NCBI GenBank assembly: GCA_965224085.1
Contig: CBDCYI010000005.1
Location: 864,001 to 928,000, forward strand
Origin: Candidatus Marinacidobacterales bacterium
GTDB lineage: Bacteria > Acidobacteriota > Vicinamibacteria > Marinacidobacterales > SMYC01
DNA: 64,000 nt
Direction of reading: 5' to 3'
The notes beneath the pieces were generated by a model that was given only the letters and a program-made list of their open reading frames with translations, was not told the origin of the DNA and did not search any database. Shown here piece by piece: positions 31,139 through 40,140 of the stretch. The translations under genes and the position numbers were made by a program. How positions within the stretch are numbered: the stretch's first letter is position 1; the number at the start of each line of letters is the position of its first letter.

Positions 31139-32515
31139 ATGAGACTGTCGGTAGGGCTGTGGATATCCTTCGTCGCGCTCGGTCGCAACTTTTTGCGAAG
31201 CGCGCTTGCCATGGTCGGGCTCATCATCGGCGTCGCGGCGGTGCTTACGATGGTGGCGCTCGGCGCCGGGGCGCGAGAGAGCGTCACCGACGATATGAGC
31301 TCGGCAGGAACGAATCTCGTTTTCATTCGCGCGGGCAACTACACGCGTGGAGGCGACGCGGTCAATATTCGCTCTGGCTACGGCAAAGCCACAACACTCA
31401 CGCTCGAGGACGCCGCAGCACTCGCGGAGCTCGCGAGCGTCGCCTATCTCACACCCGAGGTCGACGACCGAGCATTAATAATATCGACATCCGGCACATC
31501 CGACGAACGCGAGCATTTCGCGCCCCTCGTTGGGTGTGGCCCCGAGCTCGCGAGCGTCTACGAGCTCGAGCTCACCTCGGGGCGGTTTCTGGAAACCCAC
31601 GACTTGAGCGGCGAGGACAACGTCGCCGTGTTGAGCCGCACCGTCAGAGACGGGCTCTTCGAAACGACGGTGGATCCGGTGGGGCGGACGATCACGATTG
31701 GAGGCGAAGCCGCCAAAGTGATAGGAGTCGTGGACACGAGCGATGCCGCGGCACATCTCGACAGCGTGTTCGTGCCGCATCCGTTCTTGCAACGCGCGCT
31801 CGGGATCGAATACTTGCACGGCATCGCGATCGCGGCAGACCAAGCCGGCGACGCTTCGGCGATCGCGGAGGAGGTGCGCGCTCTCTTGCGGGAGCGCCAC
31901 GGCCTCGACGACTCCGAAGCGGCGGAGACGCTCCCGAAAGCCACGGGTGACTTCGCGATGAAGCTCGCGGCCGGTGTCCCCGACGATTTCACCGTGCGCA
32001 GCCAAGCTTCGAAAGCGTTGACCCAGGGACTCTACACGACAGCCGCGGCGTTCGCGCTCGCGAGCATGCCGCGTCTCGACGAGATCACGTCCGAGGAGAT
32101 GGTGAATACCCTCGAGAGCGCGAACCAAACGATGACACTCCTACTCGCGGGCATCGCTGCCGTGTCGCTCGTCGTCGGTGGGATCGGTATCATGAACATC
32201 ATGCTCCTCGCGGTGACCGAGCGCACGATGGAAGTTGGCCTGCGCATGTCGGTCGGCGCGCGCCGCCGGGATGTGTTGTCGCAGTTTCTGCTGGAAGCGA
32301 TTCTTCTGAGCCTCGCGGGAGGCTTTTTAGGGATTGGACTCGGCTTCACCTCCGCGGGAGCGCTAACGCAGTTTCTCGGATGGCCGACCTATATCTCGGC
32401 CCAAGCGGTCGCGCTGGCCTTCGGCCTCGCCTTCGCCGTTGGCGTCGTCTTCGGCTATTACCCTGCGATGCGGGCGGCCCGCCTCGACCCGATCGACGCG
32501 CTACGCTACGAATAG
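31139..32515 (+). CDS. MacB/FtsX-type ABC transporter permease
   Basis: RSALAMVGLIIGVAAV, SLVVGGIGIMNIML.AVTERT.EVG.RMSVGA, YPA.RAARLDPIDALRYE. Confidence 0.92.
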   Translation: MRLSVGLWISFVALGRNFLRSALAMVGLIIGVAAVLTMVALGAGARESVTDDMSSAGTNLVFIRAGNYTRGGDAVNIRSGYGKATTLTLEDAAALAELASVAYLTPEVDDRALIISTSGTSDEREHFAPLVGCGPELASVYELELTSGRFLETHDLSGEDNVAVLSRTVRDGLFETTVDPVGRTITIGGEAAKVIGVVDTSDAAAHLDSVFVPHPFLQRALGIEYLHGIAIAADQAGDASAIAEEVRALLRERHGLDDSEAAETLPKATGDFAMKLAAGVPDDFTVRSQASKALTQGLYTTAAAFALASMPRLDEITSEEMVNTLESANQTMTLLLAGIAAVSLVVGGIGIMNIMLLAVTERTMEVGLRMSVGARRRDVLSQFLLEAILLSLAGGFLGIGLGFTSAGALTQFLGWPTYISAQAVALAFGLAFAVGVVFGYYPAMRAARLDPIDALRYE

Positions 32516-32587
32516 AACCGCAAGGCCAGGCTACTCGGTGCCGACCTTTCGGCGATCAAAGCGTCTTAGTCGCCCGCACTAGCCTAG

Positions 32588-33324
32588 TACCCGTCCTGAC
32601 AGGTGTAAGAGGTTGAGAAAAAAGGGGTAATCGCAAATTTAGGGCTAGCCTTCTGAGGGAGTGTCGTTTAGTATCGAGTCGTCAAAAACAAGAGTCTAAA
32701 CGACTTAACTCCAAAGGAGACCAGCCCTAAATGCGAAAAACGATCAACCCACAACCAAGCCTTCGCGAGCCCTGGCTGGAGCTGGAGCACGCACGCGAAC
32801 TCGAAACGATATCATCGCTGCTCGATGCCCATCCTAAGCTCAATGAGCTGGTACTGCAAGACCTGAGGTCGGTCACCCCATCGGCAGGGAGCGATGTTGG
32901 TCGTGGGGGAATGAGCGCGGAGCAGGTTCTCCGGGCGTTGTTGCGCGGTGACCGATATGGTCAAGAGTTCCTGGGTCTATCAACGCCTACGGCGATTTCG
33001 CTGCGGAATCGAAGGCGTCATTTCGTTCTTGAAACGAGTCTTTGGTCTCGACCGATGCACATGGCGCTCATTGCCTTCTTTCAAATCCTACGTATGGAGT
33101 TCCATCATCACCTGCAACCTGTTGGTAATGGCAAGGCACCTATTACGATAATAATGATTGCTCTTACTGCGTTTATAGCCATGGATTGCTGACGATTCGC
33201 CTCTCGTTTCGTCCAAGATTTTCATTCGCTTCCGAGCCTACGAGGTGCCGACTGAAAACGTATAATACCCACGTCTTCGATAGGCCTCTCGTACACCACA
33301 AGTTATGGTGTTTCTGGACAGGAA
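32588..33324 (+). mobile_element. Internally deleted, non-autonomous derivative of the ISNCY element at 1764-3449
   Basis: Both ends present (TACCCGTCCTGACA / TTTCTGGACAGGAA); flanked by CTAGCCTAG at 32579-32587 and 33325-33333; junction 32943/32944 skips copy-1 positions 2102-3068. Confidence 0.9.
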
Positions 33325-33329
33325 CTAGC

Positions 33330-33809
33330 CTAGGGCGTCGTGTGCGGATCCGGTGCGGTCGAGTCCATCGGCTCGGCGACGAAGGGCAGGTCAATCTCGT
33401 AGGGCTCCCCTTCGTAAATGAAAGCAACGACGGCGCGGGCCTTTGAGTCTTCGACAGCACGGCCCGTCGCAACCCAGCTTTCACCGAACTCATCGATGAC
33501 GAGCTCGAGCGGTTCCGGATCTCCTTCTGTTCGCAGGATGGAGATCGTCACGTCCGTCGCGACAGCCGCGGGGAGCTCCACGCGATAGGCGTCGCTGAAA
33601 TACACGTGGTGCTCCCCTGATGCGCGCAGCACGACCTCGAAGTGAAGATCCCCATTCATCCACACCGTGCCGTCGTGTTTTGGATTGTGGTCGCCGTGAG
33701 CCATCGGGGTTATCGACGGTGCGCCCTCGACGGGCGGAGGCGGAGCCTCTTCCGCGCAACCGGAGCCAAGCAGCAACGTAAAGAAAGTGGCCGCTCTAAG
33801 AAACTTCAT
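33330..33809 (-). CDS. Hypothetical lipoprotein with an HGDHNPKH motif
   Basis: Lipobox LGSGC; MAHGDHNPKHDG....NGDLHFE. Confidence 0.7.
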   Translation of the reverse strand: MKFLRAATFFTLLLGSGCAEEAPPPPVEGAPSITPMAHGDHNPKHDGTVWMNGDLHFEVVLRASGEHHVYFSDAYRVELPAAVATDVTISILRTEGDPEPLELVIDEFGESWVATGRAVEDSKARAVVAFIYEGEPYEIDLPFVAEPMDSTAPDPHTTP

Positions 33810-34929
33810 CGTCTCCTCTCGCAAGCTCACCCCACGTTTTCCATGTATCGTCGGCTTCACGCCATGTGCGCTCGGCATAGGCCATCACGTAACCGCGATA
33901 GCGATCGACGAAACGCAGGAATCCCCAAGCGTCGGCCATGAGCGCGTGCTTCTCGAGCCAAAGTACGGCGCCCACGCGGTCCAAGCGTCCTTCAAGATAG
34001 CGCCGCGCCCCGTCCGCGGCGATTCTGCGCAGACACCGACCCAGTCGATCGATCTCGTTGCGCTCGCCGTCGCCGAGCGCGAGCTCAGCACCTTGGCTCG
34101 CGAGCGCCTCGAGCCGCCACCCATAGGGGCTGTGAAGCGTCTGAACAGAGAACTCCTTCAAGCCCCGTCGCCGCACGAGCTCCGTTTCGGCCAGGACGGT
34201 CAACGTATGGTGTCCCGGATAGCTTTCGTGGCACAGCGACTCCAACACGTCACGCGGCGTCCACGCTACGTCCTGGTTGATCTGCACCACGCTCAAAAAC
34301 GCGCCGCGATAGACGTGATAGGCCGCCCACGGCTTACCACGCACGTACTCCACGTCTACCCGCTCGCCCTCGGGGAGCTCCACGTGCTGAAGGGTACGGT
34401 GCCGGCACGTTTCGAGAGCCTTCGTCACGAGCTCTTCGAGCTCGTCGACAGCCACGATGGTTTGCCTATGATAGGCCGTGTAGCGGGCGAGAAGTGTCAC
34501 GTCTCCAGGCAGCAGCTCGTCCAAGCGCGCGTGTACGGCCTGAACCTTCGGCTCCCCGAGTGGAGGCAAGGTGACGCCGTACAAAGCTTCGAGCTCCTCG
34601 TCGAAGGAGAGTGACGCGCCTCTCAACACGCGCGTGCGCGTATGAAGCGCTGTGAGCTGCTCTCTCAAAAAGCGCGTGCGCGGCGATGCGGACATCCCTC
34701 CGAGCTCGCCCAGAAGTCGGCGGGCATCGTCCTCGATCGCTTCGAGCTCTAGTGGTAGGGGCTCGGGTCGCTTCGCACCTACATAGGCATCTACATATCC
34801 AGGGTCGTACGCATCGAGAGCCCATGCGAGCTGGATATAGCGCTCCGCGACAGCCTCGAGCGGAGCCCCGCCCGTCGAACAACCGAAAAACCCGCAAAGT
34901 CCGAGGGCCAATACGAACGAGCGCACCAT
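33796..34929 (-). CDS. Lipoprotein related to DUF885 (putative metallopeptidase)
   Basis: Lipobox FFGC, YVDAY.G, HESYPGHH, YRGYV.AY. Confidence 0.6.
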   Translation of the reverse strand: MVRSFVLALGLCGFFGCSTGGAPLEAVAERYIQLAWALDAYDPGYVDAYVGAKRPEPLPLELEAIEDDARRLLGELGGMSASPRTRFLREQLTALHTRTRVLRGASLSFDEELEALYGVTLPPLGEPKVQAVHARLDELLPGDVTLLARYTAYHRQTIVAVDELEELVTKALETCRHRTLQHVELPEGERVDVEYVRGKPWAAYHVYRGAFLSVVQINQDVAWTPRDVLESLCHESYPGHHTLTVLAETELVRRRGLKEFSVQTLHSPYGWRLEALASQGAELALGDGERNEIDRLGRCLRRIAADGARRYLEGRLDRVGAVLWLEKHALMADAWGFLRFVDRYRGYVMAYAERTWREADDTWKTWGELARGDDEVS

Positions 34930-35019
34930 CTCAACGGCAAGCTACCATCAAACTAGCGTTGCCGTCGAGAATAGGCTAGTGTCAGCGTCATTCTTCCTTC
35001 ATATAGACAGGAGGCCACA

Positions 35020-36684
35020 ATGAGATGGCATTGGGCAGTTCTGAGCATTCTCAGCATCAGTGTTTTCTTCTTCAGCTGCGCTCCTCCACAAAGTGATGCT
35101 CCCGCGGCAAGCGAATCTCGCTCCGCAACACCGGCCCTCGGGATCCGGGCCCATGCGGACGAAGAAATCTCGCCCGACTTGAGCTTGATTCCTGACGAGC
35201 TGAAGCAAGTCTACGACTTCATCGACGCGAACGTCGATGAGCATGTCGGAAACCTGCAGCGGTGGATCCAACAGCCGAGTGTCTCGAACTCCGGTGAAGG
35301 CATCCCGGAATCCGCACAGATGGTCCAAGGCTTCTTCGAGCAGCTCGGTTGCCAGGAGTCGCGCGTCTACGAAGTCCCGATGACCGAGTGGGGGCAGCCG
35401 GGCAATCCCGTCGTCTACGCGAAGTGCGACGAAGGCGCCGACAAGACACTTCTCATTTATTGGATGTACGACACGATGCCCATCACGCAACCCGATGCGT
35501 GGGTCTCCCCGCCTTTCGAGGCGCGCATCGTCGAGTACCCGCCCTTCAAGAAAGTGATCATCGGCCGCGGCGCGACGAACTCGAAAGGCCCACAAATGGT
35601 CCAATGGAACGCGTTCATGTCGCTGCGCGAGGTCGTCGGCAAGCTTCCCGTCAACCTCGTCATCGTCGCCGAGGGTGATGAAGAGCGTATGTCGATTGGC
35701 CTCCGTCAGTTCGTGCGCGAGCATGCTGAGCTTTTCGAAGGCATCGACGCGATGTATCGCTTCGGTCGCCAGGGACGTAGCGGCGGCGGTGGAATCTCGG
35801 GAGGCTCCGAGGGCTGCGTCTATATCGAGCTCACCACGAGCGGCGAAAAATGGGGACGGGGCCCCGTCGCCTCGAACATCCACGGCGCGAACAAGCGCTC
35901 GACCGACAGCCCCGCGTGGCGGCACATCAAGATGCTGAGCACGCTCGTCGCCGATAACGGCAACACGATCCTCGTTCCGGGCTTCGGCGACGGCGCCATA
36001 CCGCTCACTGAGGCGGAGCTCGCCAAACTGAAGGCATCCGCGGAAAAGATCGACATGGAGGTCGCCGCCAAGAATATCGGTGTGGCCCGTTTCATCAGCG
36101 ACGATCCTTTCGAGTACATGAAAATGGCCCGCTACGGCCTCTCGCTCAACCTCGACGGTATCTGGGGCGGCAACATGTATCCAGCGGGAGCCGGCGCCAT
36201 CCTCCCCAACAAAATCACCTCGAAGCACAACTTCCGTTACGTGCCCAACATGGACGGCCTCGAGATGGTGAAGCGCGTGCGCGAGCACCTCGATGCGCAG
36301 GGCTATGAAGATGTCGAAGTCACAATCATCGGCGATGTGCCGTGGTCGAAGATGCGCTACGACACCGACGCCGCGCGAGCTTTGATGAGAACCTATGACA
36401 TTTTCGGGATCAGCTACGGTGAGCCGCCTCAAGAGAACTCCATCCTAGGTCCGTATTGGCCGGCCTATCTCTTCGTGAACGACCAAGAGACGGGTATCAG
36501 CATGCCGATCGTCGGCGGCGCCGCGGGTCACGGTGGCGGCGCGCACGCGGCCAACGAGTTCTGGGTGGTCGAGGGCGCCGGCAAGGTCTATGGCATGGCG
36601 GGCGCCGAGAAATCCGTCGCGACCTTCCTCTACGCCTATGCCGGATTGCTGCCAGAGGAAAGCGGGGAGAGCACCGGGAATTGA
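35020..36684 (+). CDS. M20/M25/M40 family metallo-hydrolase (lipoprotein)
   Basis: Lipobox FFSC, QPSVSNSG, W.SPPFEA, GRGATNSKG, EGDEE, AHAANE. Confidence 0.85.
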   Translation: MRWHWAVLSILSISVFFFSCAPPQSDAPAASESRSATPALGIRAHADEEISPDLSLIPDELKQVYDFIDANVDEHVGNLQRWIQQPSVSNSGEGIPESAQMVQGFFEQLGCQESRVYEVPMTEWGQPGNPVVYAKCDEGADKTLLIYWMYDTMPITQPDAWVSPPFEARIVEYPPFKKVIIGRGATNSKGPQMVQWNAFMSLREVVGKLPVNLVIVAEGDEERMSIGLRQFVREHAELFEGIDAMYRFGRQGRSGGGGISGGSEGCVYIELTTSGEKWGRGPVASNIHGANKRSTDSPAWRHIKMLSTLVADNGNTILVPGFGDGAIPLTEAELAKLKASAEKIDMEVAAKNIGVARFISDDPFEYMKMARYGLSLNLDGIWGGNMYPAGAGAILPNKITSKHNFRYVPNMDGLEMVKRVREHLDAQGYEDVEVTIIGDVPWSKMRYDTDAARALMRTYDIFGISYGEPPQENSILGPYWPAYLFVNDQETGISMPIVGGAAGHGGGAHAANEFWVVEGAGKVYGMAGAEKSVATFLYAYAGLLPEESGESTGN

Positions 36685-37394
36685 TCCGCACCGAAGAGCT
36701 GACGAAGACGTACGCGCTCGGAGAAGTCTCGGTCGAGGCCCTTCGCGGGGTGTCGGTCGAGATCGAAGCGGGCGAGCTCGTCGCCGTCGTGGGGGCGTCC
36801 GGGTCCGGCAAGTCCACTCTGATGCATATCCTCGGTTGCCTGGATCGTCCCACGAACGGCAAGTACTTTCTCTCGGGAAAAGACGTCTCCGAGCTCTCGT
36901 CCGACGAGCAAGCCCGCATCCGAAACCAGCAGATCGGGTTTGTGTTCCAGAGCTTCAACTTGCTCCCGAGAACACCCGCTGTCGACAACGTCGAGCTGCC
37001 TCTTCTCTACAACGCCGAGAGGCTGACACGAAGCGAGCGACGCGACCGAGCTTTGGCGGCGCTCGACGCGGTCGGTCTTTCGGAGCGGGCGGCGCATCAC
37101 CCGAGCCAACTCTCCGGTGGACAGCAACAACGCGTCGCCATCGCGCGCGCTCTGATGAACGACCCGCGTCTCCTGCTCGCGGACGAGCCCACTGGAAATC
37201 TCGACACCAAAACGAGCGTCGACATTATGACGACACTCCATGCGCTCAATGAGAAGCGGGGACTCACAATCGTCATCATCACCCATGAGCGCGTCATTGC
37301 GGAATATGCCTCACGCATCATCGAGCTTTCCGACGGGCTGATTACGGAGGATCGTCCCATCGAGGCCGCCACGGCCCCTCTCGCTGGAGTCTGA
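36681..37394 (+). CDS. LolD/MacB-type ABC transporter ATP-binding protein
   Basis: GASGSGKST, IGFVFQSFNLL, LSGGQQQRVAIARAL, LADEPTGNLD, ITH. Confidence 0.95.
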   Translation: MIRTEELTKTYALGEVSVEALRGVSVEIEAGELVAVVGASGSGKSTLMHILGCLDRPTNGKYFLSGKDVSELSSDEQARIRNQQIGFVFQSFNLLPRTPAVDNVELPLLYNAERLTRSERRDRALAALDAVGLSERAAHHPSQLSGGQQQRVAIARALMNDPRLLLADEPTGNLDTKTSVDIMTTLHALNEKRGLTIVIITHERVIAEYASRIIELSDGLITEDRPIEAATAPLAGV

Positions 37395-37397
37395 ATC

Positions 37398-38852
37398 ATG
37401 CTGGACGCCCACACGTTCGAGATAGCACTTCAATCGCTCCGCCGCTTTCCGCTTCGTACGGTGCTCGCCCTCGTCGGTATGGCGATAGGCGTGGCGGCCG
37501 TGCTCGTCACGGTCGCGATCGGGACCGGAGCTCAGAGAGCTATCCGCGATCAGGTGCGCGCCGCAGGACTGAATGTCATTCAAGTCAAAGCCGGCAACTA
37601 TCGGACGAAAGGAGATGGCGACGGCGGCGTGCTAGCGCCCCACGCCTTCCTGATCTGGCTCGACAGGTGGCTCACGCCCACGGCGCACGCCCACCCGGAG
37701 AACGATCCGATGGAGAAGCACGATCACCCGACCGCAGCGGATCGACTCGGGGATAACAAAGCCGGCCTCGGCGGAGCGGCGACGCTAACGCAAGCGGATG
37801 CCGACGCGATCGCGGAGCTTCCCGGGGTCGCGAACGTCGCACCGGGCGTGCACGAGAACATCAAAGCCCATGCCGGCGAGCGTCGCTGGTTCACGCGGCT
37901 CCACGGGACCGATGTCGATCTCCCTTTGATCCGGCGCGCGCACGGCGTCGCCCAAGGACGTTTCTTTTCGCGGCGTGAGCTTCGACGTGCCGACCAAGTC
38001 GTCGTGCTCGGAAGCGTCGTGCGCGACAAGCTCTTCGGCGAGGGTGCCGATCCGGTCGGCGAAGGGCTGACGCTGTGGAACCAAACATTTCACATCGTGG
38101 GGGTCACCGAGAGCACGAATTGGATGACTCCCGGCACCGCGGGAGACGACGCGTTCGATGCCGTTTACGTGCCATTTACGACCATCCATCGTTTGCTGAA
38201 CGTCACTAACTTGAACACCATCACCGTGACGACGGAGTCGGCGGGCGAAGTCTCGACCATCGCCAAAGCGATCAGCGAGCTTCTGCGCGAGCGGCACGCG
38301 ATCCCCGATACTGCGCCCGAGGACTTCACCGTCACGACCCAGGCGAGCGAAGTCCTCGCAAGAGGGCTTCACCCCAATGTCGCGCGCGTTCTCGTAGGCA
38401 ACTTACCCAACCTCGAGCGTGCCACGCTTCAAGAGCTCTCGATGACGCTCGAGCGCGCAGGACGCACGATGAAAGCGCTCCTCGCCTCGATCGCCGCCGT
38501 TTCTCTCGTCGTTGGCGGGATCGGCATCACGAACATCATGCTGTTATCCGTGACGGAGCGGACGCGGGAAATTGGTGTGCGCATGTCCGTCGGCGCGCGC
38601 GCCCGCGACGTGGGCGCTCAGTTCTTCGCGGAAGCATTGACGCTCGCGCTCACCGGAGGCCTTCTCGGAATCGTGCTCGGCGTCCTCGCGTCGTGGACCT
38701 TACGACAGAGCTTGGGTTGGGCGATGGAAATCTCGCTCGGCGGCATAGCACTCGGCTTTGCCGTCGCGACCGCGATCGGCTTGCTCTCGGGCGTGTTCCC
38801 CGCGCGCCGCGCTTCGGCGCTCGATCCGATCCACGCACTGCGTTACGAATAG
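37398..38852 (+). CDS. MacB/FtsX-type ABC transporter permease with a His-rich insertion
   Basis: SLVVGGIGITNIMLLSVTERTREIG, LDPIHALRYE; insert TAHAHPENDPMEKHDHPT. Confidence 0.9.
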   Translation: MLDAHTFEIALQSLRRFPLRTVLALVGMAIGVAAVLVTVAIGTGAQRAIRDQVRAAGLNVIQVKAGNYRTKGDGDGGVLAPHAFLIWLDRWLTPTAHAHPENDPMEKHDHPTAADRLGDNKAGLGGAATLTQADADAIAELPGVANVAPGVHENIKAHAGERRWFTRLHGTDVDLPLIRRAHGVAQGRFFSRRELRRADQVVVLGSVVRDKLFGEGADPVGEGLTLWNQTFHIVGVTESTNWMTPGTAGDDAFDAVYVPFTTIHRLLNVTNLNTITVTTESAGEVSTIAKAISELLRERHAIPDTAPEDFTVTTQASEVLARGLHPNVARVLVGNLPNLERATLQELSMTLERAGRTMKALLASIAAVSLVVGGIGITNIMLLSVTERTREIGVRMSVGARARDVGAQFFAEALTLALTGGLLGIVLGVLASWTLRQSLGWAMEISLGGIALGFAVATAIGLLSGVFPARRASALDPIHALRYE

Positions 38853-38913
38853 CGGCTCAAACGACGAGCTCGCCATGCTATATTGCTGCCCGGTTCAAAC
38901 TGGGAGGTGAGCG

Positions 38914-39333
38914 ATGGAACGAATCAATTGGGCCCGCGTGTTCGCCGGCGGTCTCTTGGCGGGTCTCATCATCAATATTGGAGAATTCATCTTGAACGTG
39001 CCCCTCATGGGGGAGGAATTCGATGCGGTTGTCACGTCGATGAACCGTGAACCGCCAGGACCCAGCGCGATCATGGTTTTCGTTTTGATGGGATTCGCTC
39101 TCGGAATCTTGGCAGTGTGGCTTTACGCCGCGATCCGTCCGCGCCTCGGCGCCGGAGCGAAGACCGCAGCTTGTGCTGGCTCGACGGTATGGGCGCTGGC
39201 CTATCTCTACCCAAGCTTGGGGTTCATGGCGATGGACTTCTTCCCTACGAAGCTTATCTTGATTGGCACCGTTTGGGGATTTTTCGAGGTTACGTTGGCG
39301 ACGGTGGCGGGAGCGTGGATCTACAAAGAGTGA
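38914..39333 (+). CDS. Hypothetical four-TM membrane protein
   Basis: GGAGG RBS; hydrophobic helices; WLYAAIRPR.G.G.KTA; GAWIYKE terminus. Confidence 0.75.
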   Translation: MERINWARVFAGGLLAGLIINIGEFILNVPLMGEEFDAVVTSMNREPPGPSAIMVFVLMGFALGILAVWLYAAIRPRLGAGAKTAACAGSTVWALAYLYPSLGFMAMDFFPTKLILIGTVWGFFEVTLATVAGAWIYKE

Positions 39334-39506
39334 GTGGACTCAAGAAGGGCGGGTGGCACCTCCCTTGCGATCGTTGACTTGCACAACCGCTCTATTTCGT
39401 GATACTTCCACCTGCTAATGGGTGCACGGAGCTAGGCTAATGGAGTCGCACACCCTGACACATTTCCTACACGCTATACGTGTGTCGAAGGAGAGGTGAT
39501 CTTCCG

Positions 39507-40139
39507 ATGGCAGATCAGTTAGAAATGCTCGAAGAAACAGACAAGAGTCTATCGAGACGTAACTTCATCAAAGGGGTCATCGCCGGAGGCGCAGCGACGT
39601 ATTCCGCCGGCTACCTCTTCCGGACCGGCACGGTTCGAGCGCAGTCGGGCGCGGCGGGCTCCGTCGAACGCTTGATCACGCTCAACGTGAACGGCCAGGA
39701 ACGCCGCGTGGACGTCATGAAACAAGAGACGCTCGGGATGACGCTCCGCTACAAACTGGGATTGACCGGCACTAAAATGGGCTGCGATCGAGCTGAATGT
39801 GGCAGCTGTACGGTGCTCCTCGATGGAACAACGCACTACTCGTGCTCGGTGCTCACCCACTCGGTGCGCGGCCGCGAGGTCACCACGATCGAAGGTTTGG
39901 CCGACACAGATGGAACGCTTCATCCGGTGCAGCAGGCCGTCGTCGATGGGGCAGGTTTCCAATGCGCGTACTGCGCGCCCGGCTTCATCATGAGCATGGT
40001 TGCCATGGTGGACGCGAATCAGAGTCCGACGCGCGCCGAGGCAGCGCAGGCCCTTTCGGGCAATCTGTGCCGCTGCTGCGACTACAACAAAATCCTCGAC
40101 TGCGCCATGAGCGCCGCCGATTACACGCGGGGGGTTTAA
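39507..40139 (+). CDS. paoA: Xanthine dehydrogenase-family (2Fe-2S) subunit with a Tat signal (PaoA/YagT-like)
   Basis: SRRNFIK twin-Arg motif; GTKMGCDRAECGSCTV; QCAYCAPG; GNLCRC. Confidence 0.85.
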   Translation: MADQLEMLEETDKSLSRRNFIKGVIAGGAATYSAGYLFRTGTVRAQSGAAGSVERLITLNVNGQERRVDVMKQETLGMTLRYKLGLTGTKMGCDRAECGSCTVLLDGTTHYSCSVLTHSVRGREVTTIEGLADTDGTLHPVQQAVVDGAGFQCAYCAPGFIMSMVAMVDANQSPTRAEAAQALSGNLCRCCDYNKILDCAMSAADYTRGV

Positions 40140-40140
40140 C

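Noticed and set aside
39334-39506. Moco RNA motif upstream of the molybdoenzyme
   Set aside because: Could not match the motif's conserved elements.
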